Assembly: GCA_040377495.1 (NCBI GenBank)
Contig: JBEIOQ010000001.1
Location: forward strand, 1-56,500
DNA from: Halobacteriovoraceae bacterium
GTDB taxonomy: Bacteria; Bdellovibrionota; Bacteriovoracia; Bacteriovoracales; Bacteriovoracaceae
Length of the DNA: 56,500 nucleotides
Direction of reading: 5' to 3'
Below, piece by piece: positions 18,301 to 26,971 of this stretch. Position numbers and translations under genes: made by a program. The notes under the pieces are model-generated. The model was not told where the DNA came from, did not search any database, and saw only the letters and a list, made by a program, of their open reading frames with translations. The stretch's first letter is position 1. Each line of letters starts with the position of its first letter.

Positions 18301-18861
18301 GGAGCAGAACAATCAGGTCACATTGAAGCCATCGGGCTTGAGCTCTATATGGAACTTTTAAATGAGGCCATTTTAGAAATTAAAGGATCTAAGTTAAAAA
18401 CAAAACGAGATATTGAAATTTCAACACCAGATCTGGCCTTTATTGCTAAAAACTACATCGCTGATTCTGGTTTACGCTTGAAATACTATAAAAGATTATC
18501 AAATTGCTCAGATATCAATCAACTAACCCAAATTAAAGAAGAAATTCAAGATATGTTTGGTCCTATAACCAAGGAAATTAGTAATCTATTTTTAATTTTA
18601 GAGTGCCGAATTGTGCTGCAATATTTGGGATTATTGTCAGTCAAAGTAGGACAAAGAACTATTACCCTTAAATTCGATCAAACATATCTTGAATCAATGC
18701 CAGATTACCGGAACACTGTGGTGGAACACTTTATGGGCCGTCCTAAAGTATACAAAATATCTCCAGATTTTAGTGTTACCTACGAACATAAAACTTTAGT
18801 GACTTTAAATGATCTCCTTGATTTCTCAAAATCCATTGCACAGAGTATCAACCCATGTTAG
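15349..18861 (+). CDS. mfd: Transcription-repair coupling factor
   Basis: 1170 aa. It has a CarD/TRCF-like segment (FVVHSQFGVGIY) and superfamily-2 helicase motifs (GDVGFGKTEVA, LLIIDEEHRFGV, TATPIPRTL, QLHQLRGRIGR). Size and architecture are typical of Mfd. Confidence 0.95.
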   Translation: MLRFDSLKTKLNLWLKEPKNSFSLDGINATSFQFFYKNFFSHQTETESFDEIILCPTAEEAEELFQHLKVPGAKNIFYFPGLEISPYSSAVASEVSLFRRLKVLGHLANPEMRQEKIVLITSLEGWLMRVPPPTRLDQFKFTLKVSDIVSPQDLAQKLVTLGYSSGITVEEPGTFAKKGEIFDIYPTDSSPVRVHYFDDMIEEIFSIDPDTQKTNREEKWNEIILSPAPLVLTSSEFQTNLRSNIPQPQPRFKHRHERRKIIFNKLSENELFEEYVAFYPLFFDKTEVLGNFFKPDKTLVYVLDEENLKRNYFDLKDTLNKEFGLVKDDTESDILSPSPDKFFAFEALDNIDHFAKLCLNALDIQTNLEENLHNKILLNLETPSTFFQRKIGPELLQNDKPQFIKKVSEYLFNEFLSRGELTLVCRGQNAEDELNNLFSYQDNYTKFRNKINYIKDKLDQGFYYPQENHLVLSDADFFQIKKTKTKKIKASNIDLFAEQLATLRQDDFVVHSQFGVGIYKGLESIEFGGAKSDFLIIEYENRDKVYVPVYKMNLIQKYADSSAAVKPANLQSKKFEAAKNRARTSAKALAFDLLRLQAERRTLKSFIFSPPDHMYKEFELSFAFEETPDQEKAINDVVEDMQRTFPMDRLVCGDVGFGKTEVAMRAAMKAVLDKKQVAVLVPTTILALQHYNSFKNRFKDFAVNVEFLSRFKTATEAALVKKDLEEGKVDIVIGTHAILASSIKFFDLGLLIIDEEHRFGVAHKEQMKVMRSTLHCLTLTATPIPRTLQLSFMGIRDLSLIQTAPPKRQSIKTYIIHEDDLTIKNAIEKELNRGGQVYFVHNRVHDIEEIAARIKKLVPKAKIAIGHGQMNEKELEKTIKGFYQGDYDILLATTIIESGIDIPRANTMIIDRADTYGLAQLHQLRGRIGRSDKKAYAYLMIPPHRNLSELASKRLKALQTYAEVGSGFSIASSDLEIRGAGDILGAEQSGHIEAIGLELYMELLNEAILEIKGSKLKTKRDIEISTPDLAFIAKNYIADSGLRLKYYKRLSNCSDINQLTQIKEEIQDMFGPITKEISNLFLILECRIVLQYLGLLSVKVGQRTITLKFDQTYLESMPDYRNTVVEHFMGRPKVYKISPDFSVTYEHKTLVTLNDLLDFSKSIAQSINPC

Positions 18862-18903
18862 TGTTTTTATTAGAATAATTTGTTTTATTAATCTAGCGTA
18901 GGA

Positions 18904-19725
18904 ATGAATATGAAAAAGACTTTCGTGCTCACAGGTGTACTTGCTCTTTCAATGATGGGAGCATTCGCTCAAGATCCAGTGGTAGCTACAGTTAACGGTG
19001 AGAAAATTTTAAAATCATCCTTAGATCAAGCTTATCAACAAAATCTACTTTTCTTATCCAACAAGAAAGTAACGAAAGAAAAAGTTCTTGATGATTTGAT
19101 TGCAAGACAACTTGGAGTACAGAAAGCGAAATCAAATAAATTAGATAAAGATCCTATCGTAGCTTCAAAACTCGATGATATTCTTTATCACGCGCAAATT
19201 TCAAAAGATCTGGAAGATAAACTGAAAAAAATTCCTGAAGTGACTGATGGTGACGTAAAAGATTACTATGGATCAAATAAAGAATACCGCACAGCTCATA
19301 TTCTTTATCGTTTACGCGCTCAACCAACACCAGAAGAAGTTCAGAAAGCTTATGAGCAATCTCTACAACTTTACAATGAGTTAACAAAGTCTCCAGATAA
19401 ATTTGCTGAACTTGCTAACAAATTTAGCCAAACTACCACTGCACCAACAGGGGGAGATATTGGATTTCAGCCTTCGACGCGTTTAGCACCAGAGTATTTT
19501 GAGGCCATTAATGGCAAAAACATAGGTTTCATTACTAAGCCAGTAAGAACTCAATTCGGATTCCACTTAATCAAGGTTTTAGCAGTGAAGGAATACGACA
19601 AAATAACTAAAGACATGTATAAAAAGATCATCTACGATATCAGACGCGATAAGATCCTTGAAGAATACTTTGCTTCATTGAGAAAATCAGCCAACGTTAA
19701 TATCAACAAAGACTTATTAAAATAA
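18904..19725 (+). CDS. Exported parvulin-type peptidyl-prolyl isomerase (SurA/PrsA-like)
   Basis: 273 aa with a signal peptide (MKKTFVLTGVLALSMMGAFA). The parvulin domain reads YRTAHILYRL...GGDIGFQ...QFGFHLIKVL. It lies upstream of a SurA_N-like gene and pdxA, as in the surA-pdxA synteny of E. coli. Confidence 0.8.
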   Translation: MNMKKTFVLTGVLALSMMGAFAQDPVVATVNGEKILKSSLDQAYQQNLLFLSNKKVTKEKVLDDLIARQLGVQKAKSNKLDKDPIVASKLDDILYHAQISKDLEDKLKKIPEVTDGDVKDYYGSNKEYRTAHILYRLRAQPTPEEVQKAYEQSLQLYNELTKSPDKFAELANKFSQTTTAPTGGDIGFQPSTRLAPEYFEAINGKNIGFITKPVRTQFGFHLIKVLAVKEYDKITKDMYKKIIYDIRRDKILEEYFASLRKSANVNINKDLLK

Positions 19726-19726
19726 A

Positions 19727-20635
19727 ATGAAAACACAAATCTTGTTCATGACTTTGCTAACATCAACTCTGGTACAAGCAAAGCTCATGGACAAGGTTGT
19801 TGCTATTTTCAATTCCAAAGTCATTACTCTTTCCCAAATTGAACGAATCGAACTCAATGCAGCTGCTCGCAAAAACGTAAGTCCACAAATTTACTCTAAA
19901 GATAAGCTAACAGAGAAAGAGGTGGCTGAGTTACTGATTCATCAAGGGATGATTCGCGATAAATTAACTGCCATTGGCTATAATGTGACAGATGAGCAAG
20001 TAGAAGAACAAATTAAGGGAACTGAAAAGCGCCTAGGTTTAAGTCGACCTGAACTTTTAAAATTCTTAAGCTCCAATAATCTTTCTTTTGATGAGTACTT
20101 TGAAATTATCCGTGAAACCATTGAATACAATATTTTCTCTTCGCGAGTTATTGCGCCTTTGATTTCTATTACGGAACAACAAATTAAAAATACTTATTAC
20201 AATAAGTACTTAGGTAATAAGACTGTCTCTTTTAAGTACGGTCTGACTGATTATTCTCTCGGTTCCAGTTTACCAACAGAAGAAGCTAAAATTTTTAAAG
20301 ATGCGGTTGTGAAATATCATACCTCTGGAATTATTTCTGAAAGTTTTAAATCATTGGAAACCAATCAACTAGATAATATTTCTGAAGATGGTTTAACCAA
20401 CGAGCTAATTAAAGAACTTAAAAACACAGATGAAGGTGCTTTCACACGTCCGGTGAAAATTAATGGTTCTGAACACGTTTTTTATGTGAAGAAAAAAGAC
20501 TTAGTTGAATCAGACGAATATATTCAAACCAAAGAAAAGATCAGAAATGAACTTTTCGAAGATGCTGCTAAATCTTTAACGACAGTATGGTTTGAAAGAG
20601 AATCAGCAAAGCATTACATCAAATATAACTTCTAA
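19727..20635 (+). CDS. SurA N-terminal-domain chaperone-like protein with a degenerate PPIase domain
   Basis: 302 aa with a signal peptide. It has a SurA_N-like start (KLMDKVVAIFNSKVITLSQIE). The C-terminal segment GAFTRPVKINGSEHVFYVKKK resembles a decayed parvulin motif. Confidence 0.6.
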   Translation: MKTQILFMTLLTSTLVQAKLMDKVVAIFNSKVITLSQIERIELNAAARKNVSPQIYSKDKLTEKEVAELLIHQGMIRDKLTAIGYNVTDEQVEEQIKGTEKRLGLSRPELLKFLSSNNLSFDEYFEIIRETIEYNIFSSRVIAPLISITEQQIKNTYYNKYLGNKTVSFKYGLTDYSLGSSLPTEEAKIFKDAVVKYHTSGIISESFKSLETNQLDNISEDGLTNELIKELKNTDEGAFTRPVKINGSEHVFYVKKKDLVESDEYIQTKEKIRNELFEDAAKSLTTVWFERESAKHYIKYNF

Positions 20636-21573
20636 TGAAAATTTATGTGACTCAGGGTCATGAGTTAGGCGTTGGCCTGGAAGTTTTTTTAAAAAGCTTT
20701 CTGCAACTCTCAATTTCTGATCAGAAGCAATTTATTTTATCCGCTTATCCACAAAGTTTAAGAGAAACTTTGAATTCACTAAACATTCGTTATCAAATAA
20801 AGGGAAATGAATTAATCATTGGCAATTCTCATTTAGAGCTTTTACCTGTAACAGGTAAAAGTCCATATCAAACCACTAATACACTGATTTCCTGTTTAGA
20901 GAAAATAGGGGAGAAAGACATCCTTCTCACATTACCTACGAGTAAGGATCAGCTTGAAAATAAGGGAAAAAATCTTTCCGGATATACTGAATTTCTTCGT
21001 AGTTATTATCAGACTCCTGATGTTGTTATGTTCTTTTATTCTCCTCATGTAAAAATTTTTTTGATCACGGATCACGTTCCCTTAAAAGACGTCAGTTCTC
21101 AAATCACCAGTTCCATCATTGAGAGTAAAGTAGAACAAGTCATTCATGGCTGTTTGAAGCATCATCTTTACGACCCAACTGAAATACTTTTTTCCGGTAT
21201 TAACCCTCATGCTGGAGAAAACGGAATTCTCGGAAATGAAGATGCTGTGATTAAACAATGTCTAAGTCATTTAAAAGCAAAGTTTCCACAAATAAATTTT
21301 CAGGGGCCTTTGTCAGGTGATATTCTATCTTTATCTTTAGAGGAGAAGAAAAATCAAATCCTCGTGTACATGCACCATGATCAAGGGCTAAGCTTTTTTA
21401 AATCACAAATGGGATTATTAGGCATCAACATAAGTCTTGGCCTTCCTTTTTTGAGAGTTAGTGTCGATCATGGAACAGCTTTCTCTTTGTATGGAAAAAA
21501 CCAGGCCAACACCTCCGGGTGTTTGTATGTAATAAAGGAAATTTTAAAGTTGGGTCGTTGCCATGGAAAATAA
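20635..21573 (+). CDS. pdxA: 4-hydroxythreonine-4-phosphate dehydrogenase family (PdxA)
   Basis: 312 aa. Motifs: GINPHAGENGILGNED and HHDQGL...VSVDHGTAF, which are metal-binding His motifs of the PdxA family. It is adjacent to the surA-like genes. Confidence 0.85.
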   Translation: MKIYVTQGHELGVGLEVFLKSFLQLSISDQKQFILSAYPQSLRETLNSLNIRYQIKGNELIIGNSHLELLPVTGKSPYQTTNTLISCLEKIGEKDILLTLPTSKDQLENKGKNLSGYTEFLRSYYQTPDVVMFFYSPHVKIFLITDHVPLKDVSSQITSSIIESKVEQVIHGCLKHHLYDPTEILFSGINPHAGENGILGNEDAVIKQCLSHLKAKFPQINFQGPLSGDILSLSLEEKKNQILVYMHHDQGLSFFKSQMGLLGINISLGLPFLRVSVDHGTAFSLYGKNQANTSGCLYVIKEILKLGRCHGK

Positions 21574-24370
21574 ATTTATTACTATATCAAAAGCTAAGGT
21601 TCATAATCTTAAATCTATTTCCCTAGATATTCCTCGTGACCAAATAACTGTTATCACCGGTCCATCTGGTTCTGGTAAGTCATCTTTGGCCTTCGATACT
21701 ATTTATGCTGAAGGACAGAGACGTTATATCGAATCATTATCTTCCTATGCACGACAGTTTTTAGGACAGCACGAAGCTCCCGATGTCGAGTCGATTACAG
21801 GTCTCTCACCGGCCATCGCCATTGATCAAAAAACTTCAGGAAGAAATCCCCGCTCAACCGTGGGAACCGTAACTGAAATATACGATTACTTACGGGTGCT
21901 TTATGCACGTATTGGAGTTCCTCATAGTCCTAAGACAGGCAAACCTATGTTGGCCCAATCCGCTCAACAAATTGTTAAAAGAATCTTGGATCTTCCAGTA
22001 AATTCGAAATTACAAATTCTTGCTCCTATTGTGCGCGGACGCAAAGGTGAACACAAAGAAGAATTAAGCCAATATCTGGCCCAGGGGTTTTCTCGTATTC
22101 GTTTAGATGGAGAAATTCTGCAGATCGATGACGATTTAAAAATCACTAAAAATCAACATCACAATATTGATCTCGTGATTGATCGTCTCGTTTTAAAAGA
22201 CGGTATCACTCAACGCTTAACAGACTCGGTTGAATTTGCTTTAAAAATTGCCAAAGGCTACATGGTGGTTTTAAAAGACGAAGAAGAATTATTTTTTACC
22301 GAGAAATTCTACTGTCCTGCCACTGGTGAATCTTACCCAGAATTAGAGCCCAGACTTTTTTCTTTCAACTCCCCCGTTGGTGCATGCCCAGAATGTAATG
22401 GACTAGGGGAGACAAAAGTTCTGATTAAAGAACTACTTATGGTAGATCCTAGTCTTTCTATAAATGAAGGGGCCATTGGACCGCTCGCGAAGAAAAGTAC
22501 GTTCCTTTATCAAATGCTTAAGTGTGTAGCTAAAGAAGAAAAGGTCAGTCTAGATGAACCTTATAAAAAGTTGCCACAAAAATTTAAAAATATACTTTTT
22601 GATGGAACCGATAAAGTTTATACCTTCTCTTTTAAATCTGAAAACTCTACCTTTAATTTTAAGAAATCTTTTGTTGGAATCATGGCATGGCTACAGAAAA
22701 AGTATCATGAGTCTGAATCAGAAAAGGTTCGTACAGAGCTAGAAAGTTATATGCGCATTGAAGTTTGCCCTGCTTGTAAAGGCGAACGTCTCAATAGCTA
22801 TGCTCGTTCAGTGAAGGTTGCCAATCTAAGTCTTATGCAAGCATGTTCACTCTCTGTGGATGATTCTTATGCTTTTTTCAAAGATATTAAATTAGGTACT
22901 GAAGAAGCACAGATTGCTGAAAAACTGCTCAAAGAAATTCGTAGCCGTATTAAATTCTTAGTTGATGTCGGTCTGAATTATCTGACCCTCAATCGTTCCG
23001 CTGTCACTTTGTCTGGTGGAGAATCTCAACGAATTCGTCTGGCGACACAAATTGGATCAGCTTTATCTGGTGTACTTTATGTTCTCGATGAACCTTCGAT
23101 TGGTCTTCATCAACGTGATAATGACCGCCTCATTAATACACTCAAACATTTAAAAAGTTTAGGCAATACGATCCTGGTTGTTGAACACGATGAAGACACG
23201 ATGATGGCCGCTGACCATATTATTGATATGGGACCTGGGGCGGGAATCCATGGTGGAGAAATTATTGCTCAAGGTGATGCCAAAAATATCATGAAAAGTG
23301 CAAAATCGCTAACTGGACAATTTCTTGCAGGAAAAATTAAAATCGACGTTCCTCAAGAAAGAAGAACACTCAAAAATAAAATTGTAATCAAAGGGGCCAA
23401 CTCTAATAATCTAAAAAAATTGGATGTAGAAGTTCCTCTCGGTGGATTGATTTGCGTTACTGGTGTTTCTGGTTCAGGTAAATCTTCTTTAGTTCATAAT
23501 GTTCTGGTGCCCAATTTAAAGCAATACTTCGATGATGGAGATCTTTCGGAATATCTAAAAAATGCAAAGAACATTACTGGTCTTCATCATTTAAATTCTC
23601 TCATAGAGTTAGATCAGTCACCTATCGGAAGAACACCACACTCTAACCCCGCAACTTACACTGGTTTATTTGATGATATTAGAAATATTTTCGCTAATTC
23701 TAATGAAGCTAAACTCCGTGGCTACAAACCAGGACGTTTTAGTTTTAACGTGAAAGGCGGACGCTGTGAATCTTGCGAAGGAAACGGTGTCAAAAAAATT
23801 GAAATGCATTTTCTTTCCGACGTTTATGTTACCTGTGCTGAATGTAACGGAAGTCGCTACAACAATGAAACTTTGTCTGTTCTCTATAAGGGAAGAAACA
23901 TTGCTGACATTCTAAAAATGTCTATTGAAGAGGCCCATGAGTTTTTTGCCAATCATCCAAGAGTTGAAAGAATTCTCAAAACCCTTCTGGATGTGGGTCT
24001 TGGTTATATGGCGATGGGACAATCGGCGACGACTTTATCAGGTGGTGAAGCTCAGCGTATGAAGTTAGCTCGTGAACTAGCAAAGAGAGTAAAAGGATCT
24101 TGCCTTTATGTTCTCGATGAGCCAACCACAGGACTTCACTTTCAAGACATCAAAATGCTCCTTTCAGCCATTAATCAATTGATTGAGCTTGGACATACCG
24201 TACTCGTCATTGAACACAACCTGGATGTAATTAAGACAGCTGACTACATCATAGACCTTGGTCCTGAAGGCGGTAAGAATGGTGGTGAAATTATCGCGAC
24301 TGGTACACCGGAAGAAGTGGTGAAGGTCAGTGGATCGTTTACTGGGAAATATCTCAAAAAATATCTTTAA
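21563..24370 (+). CDS. uvrA: Excinuclease ABC subunit A
   Basis: 935 aa with two ABC modules. Walker A: [12 protein letters not shown] and [11 protein letters not shown]. Signature motifs: [12 protein letters not shown] and [12 protein letters not shown]. Zn-finger Cys clusters: CPECNGLG and CESCEGNG...CAECNG. Confidence 0.97.
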   Translation: MENKFITISKAKVHNLKSISLDIPRDQITVITGPSGSGKSSLAFDTIYAEGQRRYIESLSSYARQFLGQHEAPDVESITGLSPAIAIDQKTSGRNPRSTVGTVTEIYDYLRVLYARIGVPHSPKTGKPMLAQSAQQIVKRILDLPVNSKLQILAPIVRGRKGEHKEELSQYLAQGFSRIRLDGEILQIDDDLKITKNQHHNIDLVIDRLVLKDGITQRLTDSVEFALKIAKGYMVVLKDEEELFFTEKFYCPATGESYPELEPRLFSFNSPVGACPECNGLGETKVLIKELLMVDPSLSINEGAIGPLAKKSTFLYQMLKCVAKEEKVSLDEPYKKLPQKFKNILFDGTDKVYTFSFKSENSTFNFKKSFVGIMAWLQKKYHESESEKVRTELESYMRIEVCPACKGERLNSYARSVKVANLSLMQACSLSVDDSYAFFKDIKLGTEEAQIAEKLLKEIRSRIKFLVDVGLNYLTLNRSAVTLSGGESQRIRLATQIGSALSGVLYVLDEPSIGLHQRDNDRLINTLKHLKSLGNTILVVEHDEDTMMAADHIIDMGPGAGIHGGEIIAQGDAKNIMKSAKSLTGQFLAGKIKIDVPQERRTLKNKIVIKGANSNNLKKLDVEVPLGGLICVTGVSGSGKSSLVHNVLVPNLKQYFDDGDLSEYLKNAKNITGLHHLNSLIELDQSPIGRTPHSNPATYTGLFDDIRNIFANSNEAKLRGYKPGRFSFNVKGGRCESCEGNGVKKIEMHFLSDVYVTCAECNGSRYNNETLSVLYKGRNIADILKMSIEEAHEFFANHPRVERILKTLLDVGLGYMAMGQSATTLSGGEAQRMKLARELAKRVKGSCLYVLDEPTTGLHFQDIKMLLSAINQLIELGHTVLVIEHNLDVIKTADYIIDLGPEGGKNGGEIIATGTPEEVVKVSGSFTGKYLKKYL

Positions 24371-24386
24371 TTAACATCCTATAAAT

Positions 24387-24417
24387 AAAAAACCCCGCAA
24401 AAGCGGGGTTTTCTTTT
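24387..24417. terminator. Bidirectional intrinsic terminator between the convergent uvrA and atpE genes
   Basis: The sequence is AAAAAA-CCCCGC-AAAA-GCGGGG-TTTTCTTTT. The stem is a perfect 6-bp GC-rich hairpin flanked by an A-run and a T-run, so it can terminate transcripts from both strands. Confidence 0.85.
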
Positions 24418-24436
24418 ATAAAAACAAATCTAAAGA

Positions 24437-24775
24437 TTATGGTTTTACAAGGAACGCGATAACGAATGCGTAGATAACTAGAGACTCGATTAGAGCTAGA
24501 GCAATAATCATTGGAGTAAATAGTTTGTCTGAAGCAGCTGGGTTACGTGCGATACCTTCAAGAGCTACAGAAGCAGCTTTACCTTGAGCATAAGCTCCAC
24601 CAATAGCAGCAAAAGTGATTGCACCAGCAGCAGCTAGAGCGAACCAAGCTTTTTCAGTTACAGCTGGAATAGCAGCAGCAACATTAGTAGTAGTTGTGGC
24701 CATAGTTCCTGTTTCGTCAGCGAAAGCAAGAGCAGATACCACTAGAGCAACAAGAGCAGAAATAAGTTTTAACAT
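24437..24775 (-). CDS. atpE: F-type ATP synthase subunit c, with an N-terminal signal-like extension
   Basis: 112 aa. The hairpin core is IGGAYAQGKAASVALEGIARNPAA...IIALALIESLVIYAFVIA, with the carboxylate Glu. A roughly 45-aa N-terminal extension begins with a signal-peptide-like segment (MLKLISALVALVVSALAFA). Confidence 0.9.
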   Translation of the reverse strand: MLKLISALVALVVSALAFADETGTMATTTTNVAAAIPAVTEKAWFALAAAGAITFAAIGGAYAQGKAASVALEGIARNPAASDKLFTPMIIALALIESLVIYAFVIAFLVKP

Positions 24776-24815
24776 AGAAAATCCCCTGTTAAAAAAGTGT
24801 TAATATTCGGTTTAA

Positions 24816-25586
24816 TTAATGTGCCTCGTGTTCATCATGATCGTGATGAGCAGTCGCCAAACTAATATACACCATGGTTAAAAGACTAAATACGAAAGCC
24901 TGGATGAAACAAACGAACAATCCAAGAATCAAGAACGCAATTGGTACTACGTACGGAAGCATTCCTGAGAAAATGGAAAGAACTAAGTGGTCACCAAACA
25001 TATTACCGCGAAGACGTAGAGCTAAAGAAATTGGTCTTACTGCGTGTGAAATAATTTCGATTGGAAGAATTAAGAAAGCAAGATACCAAACTGGGCCCAT
25101 GAAGTGTTTAATGTGTCCAACTAGACCTTGTTCTTTAATTCCATGAAAGTTGTAATAAATGAAAACGAACACACCTAAAGCTAGTGTTGTGTTGATGTTA
25201 TCTGTTGGTGGTAAAAAACCTGGAATTAATCCGATTAAGTTAGAGATGAAGATGAAAGTAAAAAGAGTAGCGATACAGCCAAAATATTTTTTCGCTTCTT
25301 TTTCACCCATGGTTGAACGGCATAGACCGTAAATGAATTCACCAAAAGCTTCTACAATGTTTCTGAAAGTAATGCCTTTATCTGGAATAATCGCATTTCC
25401 AACCGAAGCAATTTTTGAACGGTAAAGCACGCCAACAATCGCTAAAAGACCTGCAATCAATGTAAAAGTGATTACATGTTCTTCAACGTGAGTTGAGTGA
25501 GCAATGTTTGATAAAAAGGTGTATCCAGAAGCATAAGCGCTTAAAGAAGTTAATAAAGTTAAGGCTAAAAGAACGGCTGTTTTCAT
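24816..25586 (-). CDS. atpB: F-type ATP synthase subunit a
   Basis: 256 aa. The essential-Arg motif is LALRLRGNMFGDHLV. It has a signal-like N-terminus and a His/Asp-rich C-terminal tail (HHDHDEHEAH). Confidence 0.9.
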   Translation of the reverse strand: MKTAVLLALTLLTSLSAYASGYTFLSNIAHSTHVEEHVITFTLIAGLLAIVGVLYRSKIASVGNAIIPDKGITFRNIVEAFGEFIYGLCRSTMGEKEAKKYFGCIATLFTFIFISNLIGLIPGFLPPTDNINTTLALGVFVFIYYNFHGIKEQGLVGHIKHFMGPVWYLAFLILPIEIISHAVRPISLALRLRGNMFGDHLVLSIFSGMLPYVVPIAFLILGLFVCFIQAFVFSLLTMVYISLATAHHDHDEHEAH

Positions 25587-25608
25587 GGTCGACCTAAAAC
25601 AAAAAATA

Positions 25609-25977
25609 TTAGTTTTTTCTTATACTTAAAAACAAATTTGCGAGTTGAACTAAATAAATAAACAGAGCAATTATTATCCTATCTTTCACAAAAAGTATAC
25701 CGATATAAAAAGCGGCTCCTAGAATTAACGTCTTGCCCAACATCAATCCACCAGCCTTCAAAAGCTCTCTTAAAGGTGGCTTAGAATCTTTAAATTCAAA
25801 GACCACAGATAGGCCAACAATCAGCATAATTTGGTTCAAAGTAGATGCTAATGAAATAGTGGCAAAGACTATTACTTCGGCCAGACTACGTGCGAAAACA
25901 GCCTCAATAACAACTATTGTTATAAGGGTAAGCACAAAATAGAACTTAAGATTTATCTTTTCTTTTAGCCAGGCCAT
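25609..25977 (-). CDS. atpI: AtpI-like small membrane protein
   Basis: 122 aa with about 4 TM helices, immediately upstream of atpB. The call rests on position and topology only. The start is uncertain because it overlaps the upstream ORF by 32 nt. Confidence 0.55.
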   Translation of the reverse strand: MAWLKEKINLKFYFVLTLITIVVIEAVFARSLAEVIVFATISLASTLNQIMLIVGLSVVFEFKDSKPPLRELLKAGGLMLGKTLILGAAFYIGILFVKDRIIIALFIYLVQLANLFLSIRKN

Positions 25978-26152
25978 AACGAATCATTAAGTAAAAAGTA
26001 TTAAAACTCACCACCACCAGGAGAATGAGCGCCACATTTTCTGAGATAATTTTCTTTTCCACCAAAATATAAACTAAGGCGAAAACACCCAAAATCGTCG
26101 AAGGTAAAGCAAAGGCAAGTCCTAAAATAAGCTTTAAATTGTTCTTTTTCAA
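25946..26152 (-). CDS. AtpZ/AtpR-like small membrane protein (ATP synthase gene 1 family)
   Basis: 68 aa with 2 TM helices and a basic C-terminus. It is the first gene of the atp(Z)IBE block. The call rests on position and topology only. Confidence 0.45.
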   Translation of the reverse strand: MKKNNLKLILGLAFALPSTILGVFALVYILVEKKIISENVALILLVVVSFNTFYLMIRYGLAKRKDKS

Positions 26153-26155
26153 ATC

Positions 26156-26971
26156 CTATCTTTTCCTTGCTTGGCGTCTGGAAAAAAGCGACTTTAGTCG
26201 TCCTTTAATTACGTCAGGATTAGGGTAGTCTGGTAACAACGAATAATATATATCATAAGCTTCTTTCAAACTTTCTTTGGTTTCATAACTATTCGCGATC
26301 ATAAATTTTGCTTCTATAATGTGATCTTTATTTTTTTCATATTTTAGATATTCCATCCATTGAGCTATGGCCTGATCCCATTTCTTATCAAAGTAATAAC
26401 ATAAACCTAATTCGTAATAACTTTGCTTAAAGTAAGGATGTCCTGGATTTTTAAGAATATCTTCAAAAATAACAATGCTTTCTTTGGTTTGATTATTTTT
26501 TCGGAGAGAAACACCTAAACGAAAATAATAAAAATCATGTTTATCTAATTTAGGCTCAAATTTTTTAAGTTCTAAATAGATTAGACTCGCCTGATGATAA
26601 TCTTTTAACATCGTGAAAGTAATTTCAGCTTTTTTTTCTAAAACTTTAATTTGCCATGTTCGGTCGTTGGTAAGAATTCCAATCTTTTCATAGTATCGAA
26701 TAGCGTTTTTACCTTGATGTAAATACAAAGAATAAATTTCACCTAATTGGTAATAAATTTTAACCTTTAACTGAACCGAAGGATTGTGACGAAGAATTTC
26801 TTCATATTTATAAACTGCTTCTTGGTATTCACCACGGCCCATGAGCTCCTGGGCCTTAATAATATCTTTGTACAAAGAGGAGGTAAAATCACAAGAATGT
26901 AGAAGACAGGTCATCGCTAAAAGAATGACCTGTCTTAGATAATTATTGAATTGGTGTTTCAGGAGTTTCAT
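26156..26971 (-). CDS. TPR-repeat protein, possibly a lipoprotein
   Basis: Several TPR-like units are present ([41 protein letters not shown]). The ORF-track start at 27022 lies deep inside gyrA. I prefer the Met at 26971 ([27 protein letters not shown], a signal plus possible lipobox) or the Met at 26914. The start is unresolved. Confidence 0.6.
   Translation of the reverse strand: MKLLKHQFNNYLRQVILLAMTCLLHSCDFTSSLYKDIIKAQELMGRGEYQEAVYKYEEILRHNPSVQLKVKIYYQLGEIYSLYLHQGKNAIRYYEKIGILTNDRTWQIKVLEKKAEITFTMLKDYHQASLIYLELKKFEPKLDKHDFYYFRLGVSLRKNNQTKESIVIFEDILKNPGHPYFKQSYYELGLCYYFDKKWDQAIAQWMEYLKYEKNKDHIIEAKFMIANSYETKESLKEAYDIYYSLLPDYPNPDVIKGRLKSLFSRRQARKR

Noticed and set aside
15349-24370. mfd and uvrA, functional partners in transcription-coupled repair, bracketing surA-like/pdxA genes as a possible dedicated repair island.
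   Set aside because: All five genes are ordinary housekeeping genes and surA-pdxA is a well-known conserved pair. Nothing in the sequence suggests a functional unit beyond co-orientation.
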